64,000 bases of DNA from Eledone cirrhosa (GCA_964016885.1 OZ024744.1:45012001-45076000), one strand, 5' to 3'; positions 40,997-53,387 are shown, counted from the stretch's first letter. A program made the numbers and translations. The notes: generated from the sequence alone by a model not told the origin.

Positions 40997-43456
40997 CTAT
41001 ATATTGGGCTTAAAGTATTGGAAGGAATGTCTGAAGCGGTGCTGGCAAGTTGCAAACACCTCAGATTTTTTGTTAAGTAGGTTACGGTTGGAGAAGATAA
41101 TATTGTGTGTCTCTAGTATACAGAGGTTACAAAATTTATTAGGTGGTTTGTACGAGGTCGCGCTGCTTATCACTTCCCATTTGAGTGTGTATGGTTTATT
41201 TTTAGTTATTAGATAGTGTATGTAGCTAGAAAGTGAGGTGGAGTTTGCTAGGCTGTGCTTTTTGAACGAGTGGATGTGCGAATTATATCTGATTTTGAAG
41301 CAGTTAGAAGTGGAGCCTACATAGGTTTCTGAAGAGTTGTTAGTCGTGACGGTGCATGAGTATATGATATCCTTGGTTAGGCATTTTTTATCTAAAGGGC
41401 AGGTTCTATTAGCTCTACAGTTACAATTATCCCGTGCGTTAGTCCGCTGGTTATAATGCAGTGCGGAAGTCTGTGTGGTAGCTATAGGATTTTGGGCGTT
41501 CGGGTTGACAACCCTGGTGTTATTACTTATACTAGTGTTATTTCTATTGTTACTGCCGTTGCTATGGTTGCTTGCTACAGTGGTATTTAGAGGGTTTGCA
41601 TCCCGTTGTGATTTTGTTTGTTGGAAGTAAGAACTAATTTTACTATTATTGCTGCTAGCTATGTGGTATGCTAAGTTAGGCGTCGTAGAGTATGAGATTT
41701 TAATGGTGTTTTTGTTTAAGAGGTTGTGGTACTTGTGTCCTAGAGGGAAGTTTTTATCTAGTAGTGAGAAGAAAGCCCTAGGTATGTTGGTGGAGACATT
41801 TAGGTTGAAAGGAGGGTTGAAAAATGTATTATTTCTTCTTCTATTTTTGCTTTTAGTGTTTGGTGTGTTGCTTCTTCCTAAGGCCCCACAGTAGTTTCCA
41901 TGGTAATGGTTACTTCCGGTGGCACGCTCCGCTTTGGTGTACTTGTGGTTGCTATTCCTATTATTAGGTTTCCTCATGGACATGTTGTGCGAGATGATGT
42001 TGTAGCTATGTGTTTTCTTAGGTAGGAACTCAATTTCTATATTATGGCCGGAGCTAGCTAATGCTTGATTGTAATATTGTGAGTTTTTGCTAAATATGTT
42101 TGCGTCATAGGACAGACTAGAGATTCTATTGGACACCCCCTTAGAGATAGAGTTTAATATTGATCTAGGGTGATTAGACTTGGTATCTACATAAATAAGT
42201 TTCTCGTTAGGCTTATGGAAAGGTGTATATATTTTTGAGTCTAGGTATAGTGTGGCGTCTAGGAAGTTAACATTTTTAGTGTTTTTGTCAATGGTGATAC
42301 TAAGGTTAAAGTTTTTGAATGTCTTATGCAATTGTTTTCTAGTTCTTTCCATATTAAATTCTTTATATTCTATAAGTAGAAGTGCATCATCGCGGTACAA
42401 ACCACCGTTGAGGTAAGGGAGGTCCTTATGGATTTCATTGAGAAGGTATAGGCCGACCAAATCAGTGACCTGCGCCGAGTCACTAGATCCCATGGTTATG
42501 TCGAAGTTGTTGTGCGTATCCTTGCGTGTCCATAGTTGGTCCTCGAAGGTGATTATGGTTTTACGGGCCGCAAGGATGACATCAACCTGGGCTCTAGTCA
42601 GGTCGCTATTGCTCATGGCCATGATAAGTGCCTTATTTAATAGGATAGGGGAAATAGAGGTGTAGTATGAATTGATATCAAATTGAATAAATGTTTTGTT
42701 CTTATTATTCTTGATATCCTTGAACCATTCAATCACTTCACCCGTATTTCCCCATTGTTTAAGGTGTATCTTGTGTTTAATTTGTGGGATGATTTTATCC
42801 AAAATCTTCTTGCTGATAATACCAATGTCGGACTTGGAAGGGCAGATAAGTCTTATCGTGGGGTTGCTGATGAAGTTCTCCTTATGGTCCTTCAGAGAGA
42901 ATCTAGGGTGGTTCGGAGTGAAAGGTTGTGTATGCCTCTGCAGTCCTAGTTTAGAAACTATATTATAACCCTCTACATTAATATCTTCTAAGTTTTTCAA
43001 GGTGGTTTTTTTGTAGCTTTTATGTAGTTCATTATATATAAACTTTCTATAAGTATTATAATCTAGGCTGTATATGTTATTAGTTTTATCTGCGTGTACA
43101 ATAATTTTATTACTAGTTTTGAATCCATTAATAGAAGTGTTAAGTTTGTTTAAGAAGGTGTTGCTTCTAATATGGTGCTTATTGTATTTAATGTTCTTAA
43201 CTAGTTTAACTAGGTCATTTTCAAAGGAGTTAAGTAGAGTGTTATGAGGGGGGCTTTTAAAGGTTTTAAAGCCGAAGGAGTCAAAATTGTTAGTATTATT
43301 CAAGTTGTTAGATCTGTTTCTATCATAATGGAATGTCCTCCATCTCACTCTATTGATAAATGAATTTACACTGTTGATCAGCAATTTCTCATATGTATTC
43401 CTGGATGGTATTGGTATGTTCTTGGTTGACATGGGGAGTTGGTCTTTGATTAACAT
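40997..43456 (-). CDS. PLE reverse transcriptase + GIY-YIG endonuclease polyprotein (819 aa, uninterrupted)
   Basis: RT motifs FIQFDINSYY, ITMGSSDSAQVTDL, GLYRDD, VNFLDATL and PFHKPN. Linker CNC-x5-CPL-x3-C. Endonuclease IIY...YVGST...FKIRY..H with C-terminal CNLC..E and C.H. Confidence 0.95.
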   Translation of the reverse strand: MLIKDQLPMSTKNIPIPSRNTYEKLLINSVNSFINRVRWRTFHYDRNRSNNLNNTNNFDSFGFKTFKSPPHNTLLNSFENDLVKLVKNIKYNKHHIRSNTFLNKLNTSINGFKTSNKIIVHADKTNNIYSLDYNTYRKFIYNELHKSYKKTTLKNLEDINVEGYNIVSKLGLQRHTQPFTPNHPRFSLKDHKENFISNPTIRLICPSKSDIGIISKKILDKIIPQIKHKIHLKQWGNTGEVIEWFKDIKNNKNKTFIQFDINSYYTSISPILLNKALIMAMSNSDLTRAQVDVILAARKTIITFEDQLWTRKDTHNNFDITMGSSDSAQVTDLVGLYLLNEIHKDLPYLNGGLYRDDALLLIEYKEFNMERTRKQLHKTFKNFNLSITIDKNTKNVNFLDATLYLDSKIYTPFHKPNEKLIYVDTKSNHPRSILNSISKGVSNRISSLSYDANIFSKNSQYYNQALASSGHNIEIEFLPKKTHSYNIISHNMSMRKPNNRNSNHKYTKAERATGSNHYHGNYCGALGRSNTPNTKSKNRRRNNTFFNPPFNLNVSTNIPRAFFSLLDKNFPLGHKYHNLLNKNTIKISYSTTPNLAYHIASSNNSKISSYFQQTKSQRDANPLNTTVASNHSNGSNNRNNTSISNNTRVVNPNAQNPIATTQTSALHYNQRTNARDNCNCRANRTCPLDKKCLTKDIIYSCTVTTNNSSETYVGSTSNCFKIRYNSHIHSFKKHSLANSTSLSSYIHYLITKNKPYTLKWEVISSATSYKPPNKFCNLCILETHNIIFSNRNLLNKKSEVFATCQHRFRHSFQYFKPNI

Positions 43457-43979
43457 ATTGGCAATATTATATGTCAGCTCAACGATATGGAGCAGTTAAT
43501 AGTATTAGTTATACTATTTATGGTTATGTAAATACAAAACCTTATGCAGTTATAAGTATTTTACACACACCCCAAATAGTGGTAGGCAGTAATGTATAAC
43601 ATTTCTCCACACACAGACTATATCAATCATATAAAGAATTTGCCACCAGATCTACCAACCTAACACTCTTGTTTACCTACCTAAGTGCCTCTACCACACA
43701 TATCTCTCTGCCACACTATATAAACAAGACGCACATGCGTGCCACACATATAACATTTGCACTATATAACCGCTTATCTTCATGTTGTATTTTAACCTGT
43801 ATTTTTGATTTTTGATTGTACCTCTTAATATAAATGTAATCTCGAAGTGTGTACTGCCACTCTAAATTCTGTAATGAATGTTGACCCACAATGTTTGAAT
43901 ATGTATCAATGTTTGAATATGTATCGGTATGTCTCTCGGCTGAAAAGGAGGTCATATAACTGCCCATGCATTAATAAAT

Positions 43980-44026
43980 TGCTCCGAAGAATCCAAACCT
44001 CGGTTTGGAGGAAACAGCTGAAAGCA
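43980..44026 (+). ncRNA. Inverted copy of the CCGAAGA hammerhead with mutated cleavage triplet
   Basis: TGCT CCGAAGA atccaaacctcggtttggag GAAA CAGCTG AA AGCA (TA changed to AA). Confidence 0.55.
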
Positions 44027-44060
44027 CAATAATGTTTTGAACAGTTCTTTGATTCTTATT

Positions 44061-44102
<42 letters not shown>

Positions 44103-44114
44103 ATACACACATAT

Positions 44115-44155
<41 letters not shown>

Positions 44156-44240
44156 GTAATAATAATAAATTTGAAGACTAAAATCCAGAGAGGGCTCGAT
44201 AAGGAAAATATATATCAAATATATAAGAACCGAAGAGCAA

Positions 44241-44810
<570 letters not shown>

Positions 44811-44848
44811 ATTAAATAAATGGAAAACTATATTTATAAAACCATATT

Positions 44849-44914
44849 TATTTCATTATATATATTTCGGGGATATCATATTAACAATATGCTATGCCTT
44901 CATCAGACAAAATA
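44849..44914 (-). ncRNA. Type I hammerhead ribozyme motif
   Basis: Minus strand: TATTTTGT CTGATGA aggcatagcatattgttaatatgatatcccc GAAA T ATAT A TA ATGAAATA. Confidence 0.78.
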
Positions 44915-45107
44915 CAATATAAACAGTTTTATAGATAAATAGATTCGACATACCGTTATAACACCGACTTCATTTGAAGAGGTTTACGCTGGCTGTGAAA
45001 AAATTTTACACAGAGAGAAAGAAAAAGAGAGAAAACAGAAAGTCGAGTGCTTTTATACCAGTTATAAATATTTACTAGTTGTAACCCAACAATTTAAATA
45101 TAACTTT

Positions 45108-45195
<88 letters not shown>

Positions 45196-45530
45196 ATATA
45201 TATAAATATATAATGTAGAAGGTGAGTTTTATTGTACCACAATAAAGCAATGCAAATATCGGATAAGTAGCACTCAACAGTTTATTGGACTGGAGTATAT
45301 ATAAGAAGAAAAGTGGGGAAGTAAAACATGTAAAAATTGTTAAGATATAAAGTAAGTGAATCAAAAAGAAGGGGGAGTGGGGTCACTAGTGGATGTGAAG
45401 TGAAAATAAAAATAAAAATAAAAATAAATCTGCAAGCGAAGTGTGTAAAGAGCGTAAGTTAAGGAAAGTGCAGATGTTTAGACACTACCTTGCCAATAAG
45501 TGCTTTTTTAAGCTTCATATCATGTCTCTC

Positions 45531-45601
45531 TATTTTATCTGATGAGAACGCAAATATCGTCCCTGGATGATATTTGTTTTTGAAATGCGCATAATAAAAT
45601 A
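45531..45601 (+). ncRNA. Type I hammerhead ribozyme motif with palindromic GCGC loop III
   Basis: TATTTTAT CTGATGA gaacGCAAATATCGTCC ct GGATGATATTTGTtttt GAAA T GCGC A TA ATAAAATA. Confidence 0.88.
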
Positions 45602-45643
45602 CATGGAACATTTTTAACCATCTTTTAATTTCTTCTTATATAT

Positions 45644-45674
<31 letters not shown>

Positions 45675-46198
45675 CACACATACATACATACACACACATG
45701 CATACACACATATATACACACCTACATACGCGCACACAATTAATTATAATAAAAAATAAAAAACCATGAACAACCATATAATGCAATAGGCCGTCACATA
45801 CAAATAAAAAATATAAAATAAGACTGAAGAAAATAAAAATTATTATTAAGTTGACAGCGATACAGGAAAGGACACAAATAAATAAACAAACAGTCGTGGT
45901 AAGCAATATACACATACACATACATGCATATAAATATATACATACACACACACATATACATATACATATATATGTATAAATGAAATATATATATATATAT
46001 TATGGAATACTGTTGGCTTTTTGATACAATGTTTTCTATATATTTCATTTATATATATATATATATATGCAAAAGTTCTATTTAAATTATTGGGATACAA
46101 CAAGCAAATATTTTTATAACTGATATAAAGCACTCAACAAATAATTGGAGTAAAAATACGATATTGACAAATGGAAACTATATTTATAAAACCATATT

Positions 46199-46263
46199 TA
46201 TTTCATTATACATATTTCAAGGACACCAAGTTAAATTATGGTGTGCTTTCATCAGATAAAATA
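46199..46263 (-). ncRNA. Type I hammerhead ribozyme motif (3' pseudo-LTR of PLE 2)
   Basis: Minus strand: TATTTTAT CTGATGA AAGcACACCA...TGGTGTcCTT GAAA TATGTA TA ATGAAATA. Confidence 0.85.
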
Positions 46264-46852
46264 TAATATAGAGCAGTTTTATAAATAAATATTGACATAC
46301 CCTTAAAGAATGCAACCATTACTGTTGGAAGCTCCCGGATAGTGGAGTTATATTTATACTTATAGTATTAGGTAAGTTAGTATTGGATATTTTTAAATAA
46401 GCCGGTGGGTTATGGAGAAAGAGAAAGAGAGAAAGCAGAATAACAGAGAGTAAAAAGAGAGAAAAAAGAGAGAGAGAGAGCATAACAACAGAGAGAGAAA
46501 AGAAATAGAAATAGAAAAAAAGAAAAAGAGAGAGAGAGGAAGGGAAAGGAGAGAGAGAGAGTGAAAACTCCAAGTCATATCTTGTTGACTTATCTTAACA
46601 TTTGAGATGAAATGAATAAATAAAATTAGAAATGTTAATAATCATGAATGGAATATACATATATAATATGAGAAATTTAACCATTGTTTAAATATGATTA
46701 AATGTTTAGTTAATCAGTTATAATATTGAGATCAATACTTTAAAAATTGAGATCTATATATTAAGAAATCTATATATTATTATTAAGACTATATATTATA
46801 AGAAGAATATAACACATATACATACGCAAAAATATAAATATATATACACACG

Positions 46853-46913
<61 letters not shown>

Positions 46914-47357
46914 AACTACGTATATAATATATACATACAAAATATAAAGGATTTTTTAATTTAAGATATAGGAAAACTTATTAAATCAGAGAAAGTCTTT
47001 TCAATGTAATATCAAAGCAGCGTGAAGGAAAATTACGTTATTTAGTTATATAGATGTTAAAATTGTTAAGATATTAAAGGACATTTTTTTTGTTTTACAC
47101 ACTTTGTTATTATACAAAATTTTATATAAGTTTTATAAGATTACCTGTTATGTAGTTATGACTGTTATTATATGTTTATTTGTCACGAAACTTGGGGAAA
47201 TCTCTATAAATGAGTGCAATCGAGTTGTATGCGTATATATACATAGACGATTCACACATATACGTATATATATATATACATGTACCCACACGAATATGTA
47301 GATATGCATCACATACACATATACATACAAATAGATATACACGCATAAAACATATGT

Positions 47358-49934
47358 ATCATCATCATCATCATCACCGTTTTACGTCCGTTCTTCCACG
47401 CTAGCATGGGTTAGACGGGTTGTCCTGTTGTGGGCAGTGTCTGGTCGGCTGACCATGCCTTGCTCATACAGGAACTGATCTGGCTTGATTTCTACAGCTG
47501 GATGCCCTTCCTAACACCAACCTCATTTACAGTGAGTGCTGGGTGCTTTTTCGTGGCGCCTACACGTCCACTTTACAGTGTGGGCTGGGTGCTTTTTTGC
47601 CGTGGAACCTCCACGGCCACCTTGCGGTGGGGGGAGTGGGGGCATATTGTTTATATGCTTCAGCATGTACCCATGGGAGGTCGGGTACCCTGTATTACTG
47701 CGTGACGCCAGAAGTCACGGTCGTGTGTCATTGACTTTGAGAGGTTTAGTTGGGTAAGGTCGGCTTTTATCACCTCATCCCAAGTCATCTTGGGTCTCCC
47801 CACTCCGCGGTTTCCATCAACTTCTAGTGCTCTGAACCTTTTTATGCAGCTGTCATCCTTCATACGCATCACATGTCCATACCAGCGTAACCGCCTCTCC
47901 TGCACGCAGCATTTGATTCCTCTTATGCTCAGTCTCTCTCTCAATTCCTTTATGCTTTGTCGTTCACGTATATTACTGTTACACATCCATCGGAGCATGC
48001 AGGCTTCGTTTTTCTCTAATCTACGTAAGTCTTCCACCTTCAGCGCCCAGGTCTCACTACCATGCAACATCGCTGTTCGGATACACGCATCATACAGTCT
48101 GCCTTTCATTCTGAGGGAGAAGCCTTTTGCAGCTAGCAGTGGTAGTAGTTCCCTAAACTTCTTCCATCCCGTTCTTACCCTAGTTATTGTACTTTCTGAG
48201 CACCCACCTCCGTTGCTAATTCGGCCACCTAGGTAGCAGAAGCTGTCTACTGTTTCTACAGGGCCCTCCCAGAGATTGGTGGTACTTGTTTCCTGTGGCT
48301 GTTTGCTTGCTGTTTCAGCACAGCTGATGCATGTGAATCCTACATTCTTAATTAAGCTTCCTGAGATCCCGCTACATCTCTTGTGTACCCATTGTTTACA
48401 TTTGGGGCAGAGAATGGAGTTCCTACCTACACCTTTCCTACATACTGAGCAAGGCCATTTCCCTGAGGGGCTCTGGGTTCTGTTTTCTCGTCTACTTATA
48501 AGGACCTTAGTCTTTGTCATGTTGACTTTGAGGCCCTTTCTCTCTAGTCCCTGCTTCCAGGTTTGGAATTTATTCTCTAGTTCTACCATAGATTCAGCTA
48601 TGAGTGCGAGGTCATCAGCATACAGGAGTTCCCATGGGCATCCGGTCTTAAACTCCTCCGTTATTTCCTGCAGGACTATGATGAACAGGAGAGGGCTAAG
48701 AACAGAGCCCTGGTGGACCCCAACCTGTACGCTAAATTCCTCGCTATACTCATTGCTAATCCTAACTTTGCTGACTGCTCCCCTATACATGGCTTGTACC
48801 GCTTTCACAAGCCATTCATCTACTCCTAGTTTTCTAAGAGCCCACCAGATTACTGCACGTGGAACTCTGTCAAAGGCTTTCTCAAGGTCGACAAATGCCA
48901 AGTAGAGTGGCTTACTTTTAGCTAGGTACTTTTCCTGTAATTGCCTCACAAGGAAGAGGGCATCAGTGGTGCCTTTCCCTGGTACAAACCCAAATTGCAT
49001 CTCGTCTATATTCACCCGGTCCCTAATCAGCTGTGCTATAACTCTTTCTGTTACTTTCATGACCTGGTCCATCAACTTGATACCTCTATAGTTTCCTCTA
49101 TCTAGTGCATCGCCTTTACCTTTGTAGCAGTTGACAATGATGCTACTGCACCAATCTTTTGGTATGGCCCCCTCTAGTATTACCTGGTTAACGATACGTG
49201 TGGTTATAGTGTGACCTACAGACCCAGATGCCTTCAGCATCTCGGCAGCTATACCCGGTGGACCGGTTGCCTTCCCTATCTTCATATCTCTGATTGCCTT
49301 ACTTACTACGTTGCCGCTGACTTGTACTGCTGGTCCCTCTATAGGGTCTACGTGGGGTAGGGTCTCTTCTTCCCATGCATTCTCCTCATTTAGTAATCTA
49401 TCATAATGACTCTTCCATGCATCTTTCTTCTCAGCACTTGTGAGGGCAAGCTCACCTTTATCATTCCGGATACACTTCTCTCCAATGACATCACAACTAT
49501 CTCTGACACACTGCCTCGCAATCTTGAATACCTCCTGTTTCTGGTCCTCACGTTGTAAAACATGCTTGAATTTTCTATCCTCTGCTTCCCTCCTAGCTAA
49601 GTATACTTGTCGCCTAGCTTCCCTCTTGGTCTCTATGTAATGTACCCTGCTCCCCCCGTTCTTCCATTCTTTCCATGCCTGTCTCTTGGCCTTGACTGCT
49701 TCATCTACCTTATTGTTCCACCACCAAGTCACTCTCCTCCTGCTTGAGGTCTTACTCCAGCCACAAACCTCATCCGTCGCCTCTAGTAAGTTATTTTTTA
49801 GGAACTCCCAGTTCTCTTCTACGTTAAATGTCTCTATCTGTTCTTCTTTACTGTCGTAGGCGTTGAGTAAAATATCTTTAAATCTGTTACTGGTTGAGGG
49901 GACTTTCAGCTTCCAGATCTTTCTTATGGATATC
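47358..49934 (-). mobile_element. 5'-truncated RTE-clade LINE
   Basis: (GAT)n 3' tail (ATC repeats at 47358-47376). 3' UTR motif CTGGATGCCCTTCCTAACACCAACC on +. RT ORF upstream, APE domain missing. Confidence 0.9.
47660..49930 (-). CDS. RTE-type reverse transcriptase (5'-truncated, open frame) with inserted PHD-like finger
   Basis: NYRGIKLM, QFGFVPGKGTTDA, FVDLEKAFDRVP, GVHQGSVLSPLLF, LYADDL, FCYLG, RRLRWYGHVMR and GRPKMTW. The Met called at 49963 lies in flanking microsatellite. Confidence 0.9.
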   Translation of the reverse strand, partial: SIRKIWKLKVPSTSNRFKDILLNAYDSKEEQIETFNVEENWEFLKNNLLEATDEVCGWSKTSSRRRVTWWWNNKVDEAVKAKRQAWKEWKNGGSRVHYIETKREARRQVYLARREAEDRKFKHVLQREDQKQEVFKIARQCVRDSCDVIGEKCIRNDKGELALTSAEKKDAWKSHYDRLLNEENAWEEETLPHVDPIEGPAVQVSGNVVSKAIRDMKIGKATGPPGIAAEMLKASGSVGHTITTRIVNQVILEGAIPKDWCSSIIVNCYKGKGDALDRGNYRGIKLMDQVMKVTERVIAQLIRDRVNIDEMQFGFVPGKGTTDALFLVRQLQEKYLAKSKPLYLAFVDLEKAFDRVPRAVIWWALRKLGVDEWLVKAVQAMYRGAVSKVRISNEYSEEFSVQVGVHQGSVLSPLLFIIVLQEITEEFKTGCPWELLYADDLALIAESMVELENKFQTWKQGLERKGLKVNMTKTKVLISRRENRTQSPSGKWPCSVCRKGVGRNSILCPKCKQWVHKRCSGISGSLIKNVGFTCISCAETASKQPQETSTTNLWEGPVETVDSFCYLGGRISNGGGCSESTITRVRTGWKKFRELLPLLAAKGFSLRMKGRLYDACIRTAMLHGSETWALKVEDLRRLEKNEACMLRWMCNSNIRERQSIKELRERLSIRGIKCCVQERRLRWYGHVMRMKDDSCIKRFRALEVDGNRGVGRPKMTWDEVIKADLTQLNLSKSMTHDRDFWRHAVIQGTRPPMGTC

Positions 49935-50448
49935 AATACACACATATACATACACATACGCACATATATAGAGAGAATAATATATAAATATAGTACATAG
50001 TATAATTGAAGTACATAAAATACAAAAGAATTATATTACGATCTGGAAATATAATTATAAGCAATATAACTTTAAAACAATATAATAATTTTAAAAATAT
50101 TATAGAATATTTCAAGTTATAATTTTAAAATAATGATATGTTTAATAAATTTAGTATGAAAATTTTCTACGTATATTTAACTTAATTTACTTTTATATCC
50201 ATAAGAGAAAGAAAAAGAAAAAGAAACTTTCAAAAGATAAACTTTCGAAAATAGGAGAAACTATCAAAAATTATTTTCCCCTTTTAAGAGCTTTCAGTAT
50301 ATTTATCTAGAAGAATTTATTATGTTTATTTATATTTAGGAAGAAAAGTTTTTTTACTTGAGTGTATAATCAGTAAAAAGAAATGAAGGAATCTAATGAT
50401 TTATCGATAGGTTCAATATATTAATAAAATTAATTAATTAATTATATA

Positions 50449-52165
50449 TTACGTTTTAAATTTATATTTAAACGTTGAGTTCAATCTATGTCTACAACAA
50501 CTGAATAAATTGTTCCTTAGGTTCAGGGAATTTTTGGTCTTTAATATAAAGAATATTTCCTCTATACAAAGATCACAATTTTCTGAAGAGGAGTTAAAAG
50601 GAGTAGCTTTTGAAATAATATTCCAAATCAACGAATATTTAACATTCTTTCGTTTGAGGTCCCATAATAAGCTAGATAGAGAAGTTGAAGATTTTTTGTT
50701 TGGATCCGTAAAAGAATTTTTATGATTATTGAAGCGGGATTTAAACTCTGTGGAAGTGGATCCCACATAATTAAATGAATTTAAATTAGTTTTACATTAC
50801 AATTATATACTATATTTTTAGCTAAGCAATTGTTACTTAACGGACAGTTAGATTTAATTCTACAGTTACATTCATCAAATTGGATATTGCTTGGGTTATT
50901 AGCGGTATTTTGGTTAGGTTTTTAATTTTTATTATTAATTCTATTAATTTTTGCGCTAAGTTTTTGGTGGAAGAATAAGTTAATTTTATAGTATGTCTAT
51001 TAAAAATTGAATAATATCTATGTGTTCTAGGGAAGCATTTGTCAAGAGCTTTAAAAAATAGTTTAGCAGTAGGGGTTTTAATATTTAATGAGAAAGGAGG
51101 AGCGAACCATAATATGTTCCTAGTTCTATTTCTTTTTTTGTTTTCGGAATTATTGTTGTTAAAATTGTTAAAATAGTTAAAATTGTTACGATTATGGTTA
51201 GATGTTATATTATTATTATCAATGTATATAATTTTATTTCTATACCCAGCTCTACCTAACGCTTCGTTGTAATAATGTGCTTTTTCATCAAATATATTCT
51301 TATTAGCTGAAATTCTCGAAATTCGTTCCTGTACAGAGTTCACTATAGTATTTTTAACGGATCTGGGGTGATTAGAGTTAAAGTTGACGTAGTTTAAGTT
51401 CTCATTTAGTTTGTGAAATGGATAATGAAGACATGTGTTAAGGTTTAGTGTTACATCTAGAAAGTTAACTATTTTATGGTTATTCTCTATTTCTACTTTT
51501 AGATTAAGGTAATTAAAAAATTGTATAATTTGTTTTCTTTTTCTATTTAGTTCACAGTTATTATTTTCTATATGTAAAAGCATGTCGTCACGATATAAAC
51601 CTCCGGTTAAATCAGGTATCTTCCTATGTAGAGAATTATTTATAAAGAGGCCCACAAGATCCGTTACCTGAGCGGAATCGGATGATCCCATAGTTATATC
51701 GAAGTTATTTCTATCTGCGCTAGTCTAGAGTTGTTTATTAAATTCTATTAATGTTTTCCGTGCCAATAATATAATGTGCATTTCATTGCTAGTTAAGTCT
51801 GTATGTTTAAATGCGTAAGTTAGTGCTTTATTCAGTAGATTAGGAGTGATAGATCAGTAATAGTTAGCAATATCCAACTGAATAAACTTATTATTATAGT
51901 TATATTTAATTTCCTTAAACCAATCGATAACTTCACTAGTTCCTTTCCATAATTTTAAATAAGATAAATTCTTAATTTGTGGTATTATTTGAAGATGTTC
52001 CAGATTGAAGACATTTTCATTTAGATTAGATTTATCGAAGTGGAAAGCATGCCACATGATTCTTCTTATAAAAGAGTGATTTTTTTTTATTAGTTGTTTA
52101 ATAAAATCTTTGTTTCTAGGTAAAGGTATGTCTTTTAGAGAAGAAGGAATCTTAAAGAATTCCAT
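50449..52165 (-). pseudogene. PLE RT-GIY-YIG pseudogene
   Basis: Pieces homologous to the 819-aa ORF (SFIRRIMW, EVIDWF, MGSSDSAQVTDL, GGLYRDD, GSTSTEFKSRFNNH, CDLC). Internal N-terminal deletion, stops and a frameshift. Confidence 0.92.
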
Positions 52166-52344
52166 TTTTTCAGTTATAATATAAAGCGCTCAACAATACA
52201 GGAGCAGAATATATGCAAAAGTTCTATTTAAATTGTTGGGATACAACAAGCAAATATTTTTATAACTGATATAAAGCACTCAACAAATAATTGGAGTAAA
52301 AATACGATATTGACAAATAGAAACTATATTTATAAAACCATATT

Positions 52345-52409
52345 TATTTCATTATACATATTTCAAGGACACCAAGTTAAATTATAGTGTGCTTTCATCA
52401 GATAAAATA
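52345..52409 (-). ncRNA. Type I hammerhead ribozyme motif (5' pseudo-LTR of PLE 2)
   Basis: Same motif as 46199-46263 with one stem II change. Lies 180 nt upstream of the ORF ATG at 52165. Confidence 0.82.
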
Positions 52410-53387
52410 TAATATAGAGCAGTTTTATAAATAAATATTGACATACCCTTAAAGAATGCAACCATTACTGTTGGAGGCTCCCGGATAGTGGAGTTATATT
52501 TATACTTATAGTATTAGGTAAGTTAGTATTGGATATTTTTAAAAAAGTCGTTGGGTTACGGAGAAAGAGAAAGAGAGAGAGAGCAGAATAACAGAGAGAG
52601 AGATCATAACAACAGAGAGAGAAAAGAAATAGAAATAGAAAAAAGAAAAAGAGAGAGAAAGAGGAGAAAGGGAAAGGAGAGAGAGAGTGAAAACTCCAAG
52701 TCGTATCTTGTTGATTTATCTTAACATTTGAGATGAAATGAATAAATAAAATTAGAAATGTTAATAATCATGAATGGAATATACATATATAATATGAGAA
52801 ATTTAACCATTGTTTAAATATGATTAAATGTTTAGTTAATCAGTTATAATATTGAGATCAATACTTTAAAAATTGAGATCTATATATTAAGAAATCTATA
52901 TATTATTATTAAGACTATATATTATAAGAAGAATACATATTATAAGAAGAATATAACACATATATATATATATGTATATGTGTGTGTATAAGAGATAAGA
53001 CTCTATTGGTTTTTTCCCTGGATGTCACAAAATTTGGGGATGAAATCGCTGTCTTGATAATTTTTGAATTGAGTTTGAATTATTTACCCATATCTTACGT
53101 TAATTATTTTATACGTTATATCTATATATGTATATATAAAAATACATAAATATTATATATATATATAAATAAAAAAGGTGGAAGGGGTAAAAAAATAGTT
53201 GGGAATATGACAAATAATAAACAAATAATTAAATAGATAAAGGCATAAATGTTTATAGCTGATTTAGAGCACTTAACAAGTTCCTGGAGCAAATAATCAA
53301 TGAAAATAAACATTAAATCACTCTGTATGTAATTATGCATATGCATACACATATATATATACACACACACACACAACCATACAAATA

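Larger units (their letters stand above)
39261..44069 (-). mobile_element. Full-length Penelope-like retroelement (Naiad-type) with partly inverted 5' pseudo-LTR
   Basis: Intact ORF. 39261-39355 is directly repeated at 43500-43594, and 39424-39916 is repeated inverted at 43595-44069. Both ends abut (TA)n. Confidence 0.9.
46063..52965 (-). mobile_element. Second PLE (decayed) bounded by ~760-bp direct pseudo-LTRs and interrupted by an RTE LINE
   Basis: 46063-46820 is repeated at 52209-52965 (offset about 6146). Each copy carries an HHR. ORF remnants at 50449-52165. Confidence 0.85.

Noticed and set aside
51854-51856. Selenocysteine TGA, as reported for some Naiad PLEs
   Set aside because: The TGA aligns with Thr/Ser rather than a conserved Cys, and the copy has other stops and a frameshift. 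The intact ORF has no in-frame TGA.
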